Source of the DNA: Squalus acanthias
Lineage: Eukaryota
Length of the DNA: 64,000 nt
Assembly (NCBI GenBank): GCA_030390025.1
Contig: CM059432.1
Location: 125,924,001-125,988,000 of the forward strand
Direction of reading: 5' to 3'
Shown: positions 1-13,645 of the stretch, one piece after another
How the letters are laid out: the number at the start of each line of letters is the position of its first letter
Numbering within the stretch: the stretch's first letter is position 1
The notes under the pieces: generated by a model
The model's database searches: none
What the model saw: the letters and a program-made list of their open reading frames with translations, nothing else
Told to the model about the DNA's origin: nothing
Translations under genes and position numbers: made by a program

Positions 1-1787
1 TTGAATGAAGGTTGATTAAATATGAGAATAAAATATATTTGCTTTAGAGCTTCCAGATTTTTCTCCCAATAAAATTAGACTTGTCTATCCTTGTTCTCCT
101 GTACCAAGCTCAGAAGGAGGCAGGCTACAAGTATGGATATCAAATTGAGAATATTGTGCATGATCTGTCTCCCACACAGTGAGATTGTTTGGTTGTGGTG
201 GACTTGATTGGGTAGGAATGGTTTTGACTGGTGGGTTATTTGTTCTGAGGTGAAGAATTTGGAACTCTAGAGGCTAAATAAATTGGCAGCACACTTACAT
301 CTTTGAAATTAACAAATGGACAATGTCAGGCAGTGGACAGTGATTAGAATAGAGTAACTTTCACTGCATTTGGATTATAGAGTAGGGGCCACACCGGTGC
401 TACCATGATTACAGTAAAGACACTGCAAACTATGCTGGGCAGCGGATGGTTCCTGTGGACTTAATACCAGTTTTTCACATCACAGGGAATGAATTAATTG
501 CATTTCTGTACGAACACAAAGATATAGTGAGATTTAGTGTAAATTGCTTTCAGGAAATAGGGTAAGGGACTAATTAATGGCCTTTCATTAATGACCAGAA
601 AATTGCGAGCGCTGCATATTTGGTACGCTGACCTCCTCCCCTGATTCTCTGGTCTTCATCCTTAGCAAGCGAGACTGCCAGGAGTAAAGTAATTTTGAGC
701 TCATGTATATATGTATATAAAATGTGTGTACATAAATTGTATGTATATCCAATGGGCTATATTTTCTGATGGAGTTACACCAGGGTGGTGGCATATCTCT
801 AGTTTGGCATGGGTAGGAAATTGTTTCTGAGCCACACTGCTGGCTCTATGCTGCACCCTTTAATTTCTGGGACTTCCTGCTGGAAATTACCATGAGTGTA
901 CAATATGTCCATCCATATATGGGCAGAAATATTGTCCAAGTGACAGAATACGTCATTCAACGTATTTTCTGTCATTTGCACCATAGCAACATTGGATGAC
1001 AGGATTGTTGTTATGTCCTTGGCATTCAGCGTTGCTATGGCAAAGGAGGAGAGGATTTAAATGTTGCAGCCCAGAAAGCCTGTGGAATTTGTGGCAGGAT
1101 TATGGCCCCAAATTCTGAAAATATAAACATAGTTCTCCTGAACTTTTATTGGTAGCACAGAGACCGCAGGCAACACTATACTTTGGTAGCTTACGAGGCT
1201 TGCCACAACCAATCTTCACTTCAACTCCCCTAGTTAGACTCCTGGCAGAGGCCAGATATCCCATCAAATTAGACCGGAAAATCATCCAGCGCCAGGAATA
1301 AATCTTTGTGGTGGACGGAAGTTGCACCACGCCGAAGCTATGCCCCAATTCCACAAAAGCGAAATATCTAGCCCAATGTGCATACGTATATTCACAAAAA
1401 ATGTTAAAACATGTAATGGTAGATTTTATGAATTTGTGCTCCCAATGTAGAGCTTCGGAAGTACATGGGGGGTGGGCAGGCAGAGGTCCATTATTTGGCT
1501 TCATGAAATCTACCCTATAGGGGTGATTCGACAAATTGGCACTCCCAGCGGGTAGCTGCACTAGTAGGGAGCGCATGTCACAGGGCTCTCTGTGGTTTCC
1601 AAAGATGTGCTCCCTGTCAGTGCTTTTCCCTGCTGGGAGCACGGGATCATTGAATCACCTCTTGTAACAATGGCACTCATGGGGGAAAAAAAACAGACCA
1701 AGCCAATGCAATTTCCTGCCAGATTAGTGTTTACTTTAGTTGAAGGTCCATTTGGGCAGTAATAAGTCGCCACAGAGGTCAAATATT

Positions 1788-2751
1788 GGCCCTAAATTTG
1801 CGGTCAGCGGCGAAGCAAAGGCGTTCACCGCTAGCTCCGAAGTAAACGTCGCACAAAGATCTCGCGATCTCTGTGTCGAGAAGTTTGGGTTTTCTGACAT
1901 TCAATCCAAATCAACGGGGTAACACGGTGGCATAGTGGTTAGCACTGGTGCCTCACAGCGCCAGAGACCCGGGTTCGAATCTGGCCTCGGGTGACTGTCT
2001 GTGTGGAGTTTGCACGTTCTCCCCGTGTCTGCGTGGGTTTCCTCCGGGTGCTCCGGTTTCCTCCCACAGTCCAAAAATGTGCGGGTTAGGTGATTTGGCT
2101 ATGATAAATTGACCCTTAGTGTTAGGGGGGGATTAAATATGTGGGGTTACAGGGATAGGATGGGATATGTTAGGGGGAATTAAATACGTGGGGTTACGGG
2201 GATAGGGTGGGATATGTGTCGGTGCAGGCTCGATGGGGATTCTGTGTGAGGGGGCAGGGACAGGGTACTGGATTTGGATGATCAGCCATGATCGTATTGA
2301 ATGGTGGAGCAGGCTCGACGGGCCGAATGGCCTACTCCTGCTCCTAGTTTCTATGTTTCTATGTATAGTGAGGATCCCCTTGTGCGAACTGCTGTGACGT
2401 CAACAAGCTGTCTAACCAGCCAATCAAAACGCAGAATTCTGTTTAGCAGTGAAGACGCTGTTAAAACCCCAATTACACCTAATCCCTTTGGGTCTAACTT
2501 TTACTGGGGAATTTAACAGCGTAATTACTGCGGAAGTGCTGAAGTTTTCGTCAGTTTCCCTGATTTGAGTGATTACACTGATTGCCGGCTCTGTGGGGGG
2601 GGGTGGAGGGGCACGGAGGAGGGGCACAGCGCAGCCTGTGTCAGAGCAGTGAATGACAGACCCCAACTTCCCGAAGTTGCGGTCAGTTTCAAAGGCATAA
2701 TGACGGTGAACGCTGCCAGTTCACCGTCATTCGGACCACAAATTCCGGGCC
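1788..2751. mobile_element. Harbinger-type MITE interrupted by a SINE
   Basis: Termini GGCCCTAAATTTGCGGTC ... GACCACAAATTCCGGGCC; ATT duplicated on both sides. Confidence 0.75.
1916..2364 (+). mobile_element. tRNA-derived V-SINE (HE1-like) with CR1/HER1-type 3' tail
   Basis: A/B-box head (TGGCATAGTGG...GGTTCGAATC), V-domain-like core GTGTGGAGTTTGCACGTTCTCCCCGTGTCTGCGTGGGTTTCCTCCGGGTG, tail ending TTTCTATGTTTCTATGT shared with the LINEs at 47187 and 53378. Confidence 0.85.
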
Positions 2752-3746
2752 ATTATTTCTGTTGAAACTAAGACTAATTGACTAGAAACCTCAACTTTGT
2801 TTTTTTAACCCTGAAACCCATCAACATTCTTAATAATCCATGTTTTGAATGGAAATAAACCTATGGCCTTGAAACAAATGAGTTAACACCTCTGCTAAAA
2901 TAGCAGAGGGAAATTTCAGCTGAATGCATTAAATGATCGCGTGCTTTTATCCTACAGTGTATTTCAAGGCCTGGTTCTCCAGGGGACTCCACCAGAGGAC
3001 ATACAGATCACATCAGCTGGTGGCCAGCAGCCAGAGTAAAGCTTCACAGAAGGTAGCCAGGGAACCAGAGACATAGAAAAATGAGAGGAGGCATACCGAT
3101 CATTTCTTTGAGGTTAGTTACTGAGGGAAACTATGAAGGGGGAACGGAGAGACGGGGAGAAATGTAGAGAAGGAGAAGCGACCTCTCCAGCCCAGACGAA
3201 AACCGGTCCAACAGGAAAGGCACTATCAGCCATCACCTTGTTTTATAAAGGTAGCTGGATGTTTCTGGATATAATTTGGGAGGCGGGAAACAGTTTTATC
3301 ACAACTATAATAGGTGGTGACAAGCCATCATACTAGACATAGCCTGGAAATTAGAGCCCTGTACTTACAAGGCTCTGATGGCAGCATGGAGCCTAGCTAA
3401 TCGGTAACAGAGGTTGAAGTTGGGCATGTGCCTGTGCCCAATGTGCTGTACACCGCATTTTGCAGCAAAGAAAACAGCCAGCTTTTGGCAGATTTTTTGG
3501 TGTCCACTGCGAGTCTCATTATACTTGCAGAATACATGTCGATTAGTCTCGCACTGGATTTCATGTTGATCCTGCCCACATTAACAGGCGCTTGAGTGTT
3601 TGGCTGGCTTGGCAAGTAGAAGTAGAGTTCTTAAAACTGTAGAGCAGTTTTTATTTTATATTGCAAAATGTAGTTTTTTCAGTTAAAGCTTAGTTTTCTA
3701 TATTTTCCTTAGTGCCAATATGTGACACAATTTTTTGCTTTGCAAA

Positions 3747-5937
3747 GCCTAGAAATTGGGCCACTCACCACCGCGAGTTAGCGCCGCGACCCGGTCGAAA
3801 AATGGCGGCCACCACTCTAGCGCCCTTCTCTGGCGCGTGACTCATTTTGGTGAGGGCCTTGGCAGCGCTGGCCCTGAAAATGTAAATGAAGAGAGGGTGA
3901 CGTCAGTCAGTGTGTAATGCTGACTTGACATCACCTCAGCGAACTTCGACCTTAGCGTTGAGTTCAGCGCTGGGTCCTGAGTTCGCTATGAAAACCCAGC
4001 ATTCAGCAGAATGACAGACACAGTCAGCACCTCCTTAAGGCACACACACACATTTTTCAGGTAAGTTTGCATTTAAGCTTTTGGACTGAATTTTTTATAT
4101 TTTATTGAAGTAGTAGCTTAGTGCAATACATGTTAAAAGTTTTTTTAAGTGTGCAGGGAGTGCTACTGAATGCTTGCAAGGCCTTGGATGGTAAAGGAAG
4201 GCCTCTTAGTTGACAGAAAATGCTGGAAATACTCAGCAGGTCAGGCAGCATCCATGGAGCGAGAAACAGAGTTCACGTCTCAGGTCAAGAGGCTGCCTGA
4301 TCTGCTGAGTATTTCCAGCATTTTATGCTTTTATTTCAGATTTACAGCATCCACTCGCAAAGGGAAGAGGAAGATGCAGAAGAGGAAGATGCCGAAGAGG
4401 AGGAAGCAGAGGAAGGATGCAACCTAGACAGTCCCTTTCTGGCCAGGATATCCAGGATGGAATCAACCGCCTGTGGTACTAGTGAACACAACCCCAATTC
4501 CCCTTTCAACATTGGTCCCACTCCTTACCTTCCCTCTGTTACTGACCATCACAGCGTCCTCTTGGCCACAATGCTGAAATAAAAACCACCACAAAGCAAA
4601 CTTTCCAATCCAACTTTATACATCTAGCCATCTAATATGACATCAATAAATCAACTAATCACCCTTGTTATTCCCTTATTGACTGTCTTGTATGTGCCTT
4701 TGCCTATCCTACTGATGTCATGCAGTGCTACCCCAGTGGCTGCAGCATAGCTGGTGGAAGACTGCTGACTTTCAATGGGGAACACTGCAAATGACCTTGC
4801 TGGTGGACCTTGAGGAGCTGGTGGCTGGGAGTGTCAAATCGAGTGACAGTGTTTCTTCTTCTCCTCGCCCTCTTTTTGGTCAACCACTGGCTGGACAGGC
4901 TGCATTTCTTGGGTGAGTGAAATGACGAAGGCACAAGGTTGGAGTTGTGAGGGCAGGGTGGGAAAGCAAAAGTTGCATGTGAGAAGGAGGATAACATAAG
5001 AGGATACCAACATCTTGTATCTTTTCTGCCCCGCAGCTGGCCAAGGGCTCAGCCATGTCCCTGTCAAGAATGGTCTGCACCGTCTCCTCCAAGGGGGTGA
5101 GGTGAAGCTAGGAATGGGAGGTGTGCCTTGAGTTTGGCAGAGATTGTTGGTAGGTGAGTGTTTGGAGGGGGAGTCATGCATGAGAAGTGTGTGAGGCTAG
5201 TGGTGCAGTTGGTCGGAGACGGTTTTTGAAGATACATTCACTGACCTTGACCACTGGTCTGAGATCATAAAGCTTCTTTGGGCACTGGAGCCAGGTCATG
5301 GGGGTGACACTGCTGGCAGTGACGGCCTCGGTGTTCTGGTCCCACGTCATTCTTTCTGGAGGGCCTCCTGACCCCTGTGGGTAGAGGACCTCTCTTGCAG
5401 TGTTGACCCCCTGCACAAAGCTGGAGTGCTGCGTGCGAGACCCTGGGTGCCCCTTCCCTGGCTTACCATTTGTGTTAGTGCTGAAGCACTTTTCCCCATT
5501 TTTTTTTTAGGTGCGGAAGGGAATTCAGCTTTAAGAGCTGAAGACTCCCATTTGGGAATTCATTTTAATGTAACTATTTTTCAGAAGGCAGTTGAGCTGT
5601 AAGGGCTAAAAACTGCCTATTTTTGCATCATTTACATTTTTTTCATTTCAGAAGGCATTGACCCTTTAAGAGACCAACAATGCTTTCTGAAATGACAGCC
5701 TCGCTTTCAGAGGGGCTGTTCTAGCTGCAACGACGCTTCGGCCACGCTACATTGGGGCCTCCTGCCGGGACCAACGCCACCAAGACGGTGTTGCACGGTG
5801 AGATTAGTGCTGGGCTAATGTTAATTAGTCCTCAGCGACAATTTTCCGGTCCTGCCAGCGCCACCATTTTCGGCGACTGTTAACATCCGGCCGGGGTGGC
5901 ACCAGCAGCTTTTGTGGTGGTCTTGAATTTCTAGGCC
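3747..5937. mobile_element. Internally deleted Harbinger element (transposase acidic tail on +, Myb/SANT exon remnant on -)
   Basis: TIRs GCCTAGAAATT / AATTTCTAGGC; ORF 5174-5416(-) REVLYPQG...TWLQCPKKLYDL is Myb/SANT-like; acidic EEDAEEE tract near 4365-4415. Confidence 0.7.
4213..4352. repeat. Short fold-back repeat of Penelope-terminus type (degenerate)
   Basis: GCTGGAAATACTCAGCAGGTCAGGCAGC and its inverse; homologous to 22616-22882. Confidence 0.65.
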
Positions 5938-6580
5938 CCTGACTTTAGTTACCACAGTTTTTGCTTGTAGCTGCAACTTCACATACAGCAAACCAAATTC
6001 TGAAGCTGGGAATTCCTCTGGGGTTCCAGTCCAGCTGTACAATTTGGACAAGGGAGATAAATTCAGGCAGGAACCAGAGAAGCAGGTGTGATTACACCAT
6101 TGTGTATACACACGTTCTTACTCAAATTTACGGACCAGAGCAGACCTAGCTAAGCATCTCAGAGGAGACCCAGCTATGGTATCTCCACTTCATAAATGAG
6201 GCTGTCATAGAGCAATGATATTTGCTCCAAGCCGACAATTTTGAAAACAGTGACGGCACCTCCTATAGCTGTAATGTCATCTCTTCATTAAACTTTTATA
6301 CCGCCAGATCGTACCAAGCTACCATGGGGGACAATTGCCAGATCAGTCACTCTGCTATCCATCATTTTTTCTGTGGAAAGCTGGACAGACTTACTAGGTA
6401 GTAGGCTTCCCAAGAGTGCAGATGTTGTAGATGGCACCCATATGGCCAGCCTACATCACTCCTTGCATGAGTCCATTACAATGCATGCAGTGTTGGCTTG
6501 GAGCATGCCTAACAAGGTTTATTTATGACAGTGCAAGCTATTTATGTGCCACACACAAAGTGTGCCCTGCAACTTTATTA

Positions 6581-6840
6581 CAGTAAACTCTTGTTTAAAC
6601 GGCACTTAATCATCCGGAATACTTTAATAACCGGCAAAATAGATAACCGGTAATCTTGCCAAATCCATCCAGCACTCGTTTTGCCGAGTCTGAGTCTCCC
6701 GCGGTGGCCGAGTTAGTCAGTGGTTTTTATTTTTGTTTGTGTTAAAAATTGCCTTGGTAGGTATACCTCTCTGTTATCCAGAATTTTTCATCAACCGGCA
6801 CCATCCTGGTCCCATAGGTGCCGGATAAGAAAGAGTACTG
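6581..6840. mobile_element. Tc1/mariner (Tigger/pogo-like) MITE
   Basis: TA|CAGTAAACTC ... GAGTACTG|TA termini with TA target duplication. Confidence 0.7.
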
Positions 6841-7089
6841 TACTGCAAAAGCACGCGAAAAAGCTGAAAGGTTGTCTCCATGCTTCATATGCTGTTCTCG
6901 GAGGAGTCACCAGGTTATAAGTTCTGGTTTGGCATTGGGACGTTTTTACTTTGTTTGAGGTGCTATATAAATGCAAGTTGTTTTTGTTGTTGGCCATATA
7001 TACAATATGTATGAGATGTACAGTGACTTAGAGGAGAATGGTCTTTTGCCAGGAACTACCAAGGGGATGAGGAGCAGATAGACTACAAT

Positions 7090-7590
7090 AATATGAGCGT
7101 GGTAGTAGTGGGAGATTCTATAATCAGGGGAATAGACAACCTTTTTTGCTGTCATGACCAGGAATCCTGAATGGTATGTTGCCTCCCTGATGCCAGGGTG
7201 AAGGACATTATGGGACAGATGAAAATCTTCTGGAAAGGGAGGGAGATCAGCCAAAAGTTGTGGTCCATGAACCAATGGCATAAACAGAAGTACCGTTATT
7301 GTCCTGCTGAGGGAGTTGAAAGGGTTAGGTTCTAAATTGAAAAACAAGATTGCAAGGGTCATAATCTCCGGATTGCTTCCTGTACCACATGCTGGACAGG
7401 TTAAGGAGAGGAAAATTAGGAAGGTCAGTGTGTAATTGCAGGGCTGGTGCAGGAGGAAAAGGTTCACATTTTTGGAGCATTGGAGTGAATTCAGGAAAAG
7501 GGGAAGGTTATATCAAAGGGACAGCCCTCAATGGCACCAACATCCTTGCAGAGAGGGTAAATCGAGCAAGGTGGAGGATTTAAACTAATA
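7090..7590 (+). pseudogene. Decayed CR1 ORF1 SGNH-esterase fragment
   Basis: Hand translation gives VVVGDSIIRGID...MVCCLPDARVKDI...VIISGLLPVP with stops and frameshifts. Confidence 0.7.
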
Positions 7591-8286
7591 TAAGAGGTGT
7601 TGGGGAAAGTTTAGGTTTGAGACTAGAGAGGGAATGCAGAATTAATAAAACTATTGCAATAGAGGCAAAAACTGAAATAAATAATGGACAAATATTATCA
7701 GAGGAGTAAAGGGAAAAAATGCTTTGAGATAGTGAGAGATTGTAGAAGGGGTGAGGAATATCAAAAAATGAAGAAAACTAGGAACAGGAATAGTGGTAAA
7801 TGTTCCAAAAGGTCAGTCAAAATTAAGTGCTATGTATGCGAATGCACAATGCACCCAAAGCAAAATTTGAAATTTAGAAGTATCAATAGCTATGGAAGGA
7901 TCAACTGTGCTCTCTGTGCCCAGTGCTTCTCGAGATCACTCACCACAAACATCTCAAGTGCCCTCAATGGAAGTTCAGAAGCCTTCCACCTCCCAAGCTT
8001 GTCATTGGGAACCACCTCATAGGAGCACCAGAACAGCGAAAAGGGCACAGAAGTCAAGGCACCAGGGCACTGCACAAGGGTGTTTTGTAGTTGTCTATTG
8101 TTAACTTTGTGGAATAATGAAATGAAGAATGGCTCTTCTTCGTGTTGTTGGTCTTCTGTTAACTATAGTGCTGGTTTAACTTTCCTAGACCATGACAAGT
8201 GTTTCACCTTGTCCAGAACTGTAGAAACAGAGGACACGGCCTGCACTTGAAGGGGGGTAAATTGAAAACTAATCTGCGGAAGTATT

Positions 8287-9051
8287 GGCCCAGAAATTTG
8301 ACTCAGAGGCTTGCCGCGGGGGTAAGGATCTTGCGCGATATCGCACTCCGCGCCGGCCGTTGTGTTTTGGGCCCACAGGAACTTCGGGTCCTGGGCCTCT
8401 CCCTGGTGCTGGCGCGCAGTGTGTGCGTGTCCCAGCGGTGCAGTTAGTGCGATGCGACCTCTGGGATCACGTGGGCCATGGAGAGCCAATGGCAGCAGAC
8501 TATCTTTCATTCATAGATTTGACATGAGACCTGTCAAATCTATGAATACAAATTGCTCCCAAAAGAACAGCTAAACCTCAAATAATTTTTTTTTTAAAAC
8601 CATCACATTAATAAAATAACTATAGTTAAATAAATTAACCACTTTAAACAAAAATTTAAATTTTTGAAATAATTTAAATTCTTTTTAAAAGTTATAAAAA
8701 TAAACTTACCTTTCTTTAAAGTCTCTAAAAAAGATAAACCTGTTGAAAAAAATTTAAAATTATACTTAATTAACTACTTACCTTGTTAAAAGGGGGTCTT
8801 ACGCCTCCTTTTTTCATGTGTAAATTCTTCCATACTTACCCTCGCGTTGAAACCTGAAAAAAAACCTAAGTGCGCTGCATGCGCACAGCCTGTAGTGCGC
8901 ACGCGGTTCACCTAGGAACCGCCCCCTTCGCCATACCGGAAGTGCCGGTTTCCCGCGCATGCGCAGTGCATGCAGAAAACCGGCACTTCAGGAGGCCTTG
9001 CGGGTGAGTACACAGTGCGTACTCACCCAGCAAGTGCCGAAGTTTTGGCCC
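8287..9051. mobile_element. Harbinger-type MITE with GC-rich arms and AT-rich core
   Basis: GGCCCAGAAATTT ... AAGTTTTGGCCC termini; ATT on both flanks; internal palindromes 8939-9031. Confidence 0.7.
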
Positions 9052-9239
9052 ATTATTTCAGTGAATGAGTGATAAATCTATGGAACAGGATCCCTAGGCC
9101 CTTGGCTCCAATTTTAGCTCTCCTCAGGTTCTGTGCTCGGGTTCCTGACAAGAGTCATGAGCTAATTGCTCAGGACATAACCCCTGTCCCCTAGCAGCCA
9201 GCTTTATACCCGATGGTCTGGGTGGAATAGAGGCAGTTT

Positions 9240-9625
9240 TGAGGACTTGTGCAGGATGAAGTCATCATGACTACTGCCAGGAAACCGCACACAGAACCTG
9301 AGGAGCACTGTAATTGGATCCATGCATCCACATGAGCTCTGATTGAGCAGACCATTGGCCTTCTCAAGCAGAGGTTCCACTGCCTTGACTGTTCGGGAGG
9401 AGTTCTGCAGTACAGCCATGTTTCCAAATTCATGGTTGTCTGCTGAATGCTCCATATCTTTGAGCTCCAAAGGAATCAACCCTTGGAACTACTTGGAGAG
9501 GAAGAACTACAGGAGCCTGAAGATGATGAGACAGATGAGGATGACGAGGAAGAGAGGTGGCGACCAATTGTGCCAGCTGCCAGAGTGGTCAGGCAGCAAT
9601 TAATTGAGGAGATGTTCACATTGAG
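9240..9625 (+). pseudogene. HARBI1-like transposase C-terminal remnant
   Basis: LIEQTIGLLKQRFHCLDCSGGVLQY motif followed by an acidic tail, as in the copies at 12.4-13.6 kb and 26 kb. Confidence 0.75.
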
Positions 9626-10304
9626 GAGTGGAATCCCTTCCTGTTGACATACATGCCCTGGTTTTCACACAGAGTGCACAAGGCGATGCAGGCACAGTCA
9701 ATTATTCCATGCTCTTGTGGGAAGCAGGCAAAGCCCCTAGCTCTCTCATCCTGCCTTGCTTGCTCCACGGGGAAGGAGATGAAGAGGTGACATCACTGAT
9801 TCAGCAGTACACAGCATACTGAGTGATGTCGCTGATGTCATCTGTTGCAGCCTGGAACAACCCTATGGCCACCGTGACCTTGGCAGCCACAGGCAGTGCT
9901 GTCCATATCCTGGTTTGGAGCTGCAGTTTGTGCTGCAACAAGTGATACAGCTCTGTGCCCGTTTTGCTCGAGAAGCACTGCTCCTCAGTGAAGTTGAGGT
10001 AACAACAATTGGGCTGGAATTTTCCTTACTGAGTCGGGTCGGGTGCGTGCGGGCCGCGTGGTGGGTGGGTACCACGTTGTATTGCTGATCCCACTCCTCA
10101 GAGCGACTTTCAGTCAATGGCCCCATTAAGGCAGACATGCGCGTTTCCTGGCCCTATTAAATGGTGTGGGTCTGATGACGTCATCGATGACTCATTTCCA
10201 GCGGAGATATTTAAAGCAACCTTGGCCACATCACATTTGGAGGTTCATCTAGGAGTGTGGAGGGAGTATATTGGAGGATCTTGTTATTGCTCAGACTTGT
10301 AAAC

Positions 10305-12127
10305 ATGACTTCCCAAAGACAGAGGAAGCTGCACCCAGGTTTTCTGATGACTCCCTACATATTCTCGTGGAGGGAGTCAGAGCACGCAGGGAGGTCCTCT
10401 TCCCTGCGGATAGGAAGAAGAAACCTCCCCAGGAGACAAAAAGAGCCTGGCTCCAAATAGCTGAGGAGGTGAACAGCAGGGATGTGGTGAGGCAGACCTG
10501 GGTGCAGTGCCGGGAGTGCTTCAATGATCTGATGAGATCAGGAAAGGTGAGTGCAAAGCCACACTCCCCATCATCCTGATGTGCCAGTCCCCACATCCCC
10601 ATCACTCTGCCTTCCCAAGCCTACTCCTGCACATCATTCCTCACACCAACATACCTTGCATGTCCACCCAACCCTCTCTCTCTATGTACATACTCACATC
10701 CCCTTCTGACTAACCACCCCTCAGACTCACCCTCATCCTAATGCAATCATACCAACTACCACCACAGAAGGAGGCCATTTGGCATTGGCACCACACTCCC
10801 TCATAGTCACCCTCTACAGATGTAACCCACACAATCCTTACACTCATGCCACCACTCTCACGCAAACTTCTCTTCTTTCCTCCTTGCAGGAGAAGAGAGC
10901 GCACAACAACAGAGAAAGGGAGAGAACCGGAGGTGGGCCTCCATCCTCCAGCACTTTAACTGCAGCAGAGGAGGTGGCCCTGGAGGTTTCAAGAGCTGCA
11001 GAGCTGCTAGTGGTGGGTGACGGAGAGAGGGGGACCTCTTAGCAACCTGGTGACAGAATTACATCTCATACAGTCACATGGCATACAGCAGTCACTCATA
11101 TGGTGACTGATGTCAGCAGCCAGTGAATGTTCATCATGTGCATAATGGTATCGTTACCCATTCTTAATATAACATTTCTAAATCATCTCTTTACTCTCCT
11201 ACATGTCCATCAAGAGCCCCCCCCCACACCCCACTGTCCAGCCGGAGGAGGAAGATGACTCCTCAGAGAAGCCTCTAGCCTCTGAGAGGGCGCCATCAGC
11301 AGACGCAAGTGCACCCAGCACCAGCGCACCTCGGTGGGTCCTATGCGAGGTAGAGTAGTGTTGTCACCTGGTGTGTCACAAGTCACAAATGAGCAAGAGC
11401 AGATGGTGGAGACAGGGACAGCAGTGGAGACTCCTCGCCGGAGGGCGCAGGACGCTCCCAGCTCTGCTCAGCTGCATCCAGACGCTGAGCCTCGGGGGCC
11501 ATCGAGAAAGAGGGTGATCCTGGGAGAGGCAGCAAGTGCAGGAGGCTTTGACAGGTTTTGCAGCCGCGATGTTTGCAAATGAGCACCGTCATGTCGCAGG
11601 CAATGGCGACGATGTGCTCTTCCATGGGAAGGATGGCCACCTGCGTGGAGCAGCTAATGCATCACTCACATGAGCACATGCTAGCTATGGCCAAAAGACG
11701 GCAGAGGCTCATAGACCTCATCTCTAGGAGGGATCTAAACATAGACTTGGGATCTCATGGCCCCACTGCTGTGCAGCAAGGGGCTCGCCAGCTCCTAGCT
11801 AGCAGGGAAGTGCCAGTGGCCCATGTGAGGGATGATGGTAACAGGGGACATGGAAGTGGGGGCTCCTCTCAAAGTGCTCACACTTCTCCCCTGTTGCCCC
11901 ACCTTCAGTCAGAGCCCCAGATGCCTCCTTGGATCGCGATGGCCGAGTCTGCCCCTGTACAGTCGCAGGAGGAGCAGACTTTGGTGGGCGATCGGAGGCT
12001 CCAAAACCCAAAGGATGTCCGCCTAAAGTGTCTACACAGTCACAGCAGGGAAGTGAGCAGGCTGCCTCTACCTCTGCTGAAGCCACAGGGGTTGCACCTC
12101 GTAGAAGCACGCAGAAAAGAAAAATGA
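10305..12127 (+). pseudogene. Harbinger Myb/SANT DNA-binding protein gene, 3 exons, disrupted
   Basis: Exon 1 APRFSDDSLHILVEGVRARREVLFP...AWLQIAEEVNS...TWVQCRECFNDL ending AAG|GTGAGT; exon 2 after TTGCAG at ~10890 (EKRAHNNRERERTGGG); exon 3 frameshifted. Confidence 0.85.
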
Positions 12128-12409
12128 CACAGAAGTAGATGCACAAGGGTAAGTACATGGGTGTATAAAGAAGTAGTATTGTTAAAGTTCCGTTTCTGTT
12201 ATGACACATATAAAAGTATTTATTTTCACCACTTTCCAATCATGCCCATTATTGTCTGCTACTTTGGAAGTGAGTGAATGGCGTGACGTTACATTACCTC
12301 CAGCAATGGGGGTCATTGTAAAAGGAATAGCTTGGTCATTGTAGGGATGCTTTATGGTATTGTTGGGGCAGAACTTGGCACAGCATGTGGCATCCATATG
12401 GGGGAAATG

Positions 12410-13645
12410 CAGGAAGTTAAGTGAATCTGGCAAGGATGAGGCTATCTCTGGCCTCCCAGGCAGCAATGTGAGCGGGTGCTGGTGGGATCTGGACCGCAGG
12501 TTCTCCTGCTCTTCCTCATCATCATCCAGCTGATGCTTCTCCTCCTCCAAAAAGGCTGTGCACTCTGCACCTTGCTCCTCATGCAGCTGTAATCCTCGTT
12601 GCTGCGCTATGTTGTGCAGCACGCAGCAAGCCACAACGATTCTGGAGACCCTGGCTGGTGCGTACTGAAGGGCTCTTCCAGATCGGTCAAGGCATCTGAA
12701 GTGCATCTTCAGCATGCCTATTGTTTGCTCTATGACACCTCTGGTGGACATGTGGCTTTCATTATATCTCTCCTCGGTCTCGGTACTTGGCCTCCTCAAG
12801 GGTGTCATGAGCCATGTTTTCAGTGGATAGTTCTTGTCTCCAAGAAGCCAGCTGGAAAGTCTGTTTGGCGGTGCGAAGAGCTGAGGGAGGGTGGACTGGT
12901 GCAGGACGAAAGAGTCATGACAGCTGCCAGGGAATTTGGCGCACACATGCATGATGATCTTCCTATGGTTGCACACCAGCTGCACACTGAGGGAGTGGAA
13001 ACCCTTGCGGTTCACAAACACTCCTGGGTGATGTGGGGGTGCCCTGATAGCCACATGTGTACAGGCGATAATGCCCTGCACCCGTGGGAAACCAGCCAGA
13101 GCGGCAAAGCCGAGCGCCCACTCATTAACACTGGCTTCATCAGTGGCAAAGTTAACATAATTGGCTGACTTGTCAAACATGGCATCAGTGACCTGTGTGA
13201 TGCATCTGTGCGTGGCCAATTGCGAGATGCCGCAAATGTCTGTTGCAGATCTCTGGAAGGAGCCTGAGGTGAAGAGGTTGAGGGTGTTGGTGACTTTGAC
13301 AGCCACTGGTAAGGCATGTCCACCAGGTCCTCTGGGCTGCAGGTCTTGTTCCAGCAAGCTGCAAATGTCTGCGATGACCTGGCGTGCTAGCCGGAGCCTC
13401 CTTTGGCACTGCTACTCAGTCACGTTGAGGAAGCTCATCCTCTGCCTGTATACCCTGTGTTGGGGGTATCGCCTCCGGCACGGTGCAGCCCTGTGCTGAT
13501 GCCCTCTGTCCTGTGGAGCATCAGGTTGTTGAGGAGAAAGTTGTTGGTGTTGTTGCTGCTGCTGGTGTGCCTGCTGCTGTTGGTGTTGGGGCTCATCCTG
13601 GTCCGACTCTGAGGACCAAGGTGAGACAGTACAAGCGGCACCATG
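12410..13645 (-). pseudogene. HARBI1-like DDE transposase, disrupted
   Basis: ORF 12182-13357: GIIACTHV (first catalytic D replaced by A), [40 protein letters not shown]-rich N-terminus cut off by a stop at 13412. Confidence 0.9.

Noticed and set aside
981..1044. Paired RFX X-box-like motifs (CCATAGCAAC / GTTGCTATGG)
   Set aside because: Similar sequence recurs at about 18205-18265, suggesting an old repeat; no gene context
1100..1642. 180-aa minus-strand ORF as a host gene
   Set aside because: GTG start, no domain motif, no convincing splice signals
1916..1990. tRNA genes (also at 24734 and 49328)
   Set aside because: They are SINE heads continuing into SINE cores and LINE-derived tails
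12182..13357. Domesticated host HARBI1 gene
   Set aside because: Lies in a TIR-bounded two-gene element, first catalytic Asp is lost, N- and C-termini are disrupted, and paralogous decayed copies are nearby
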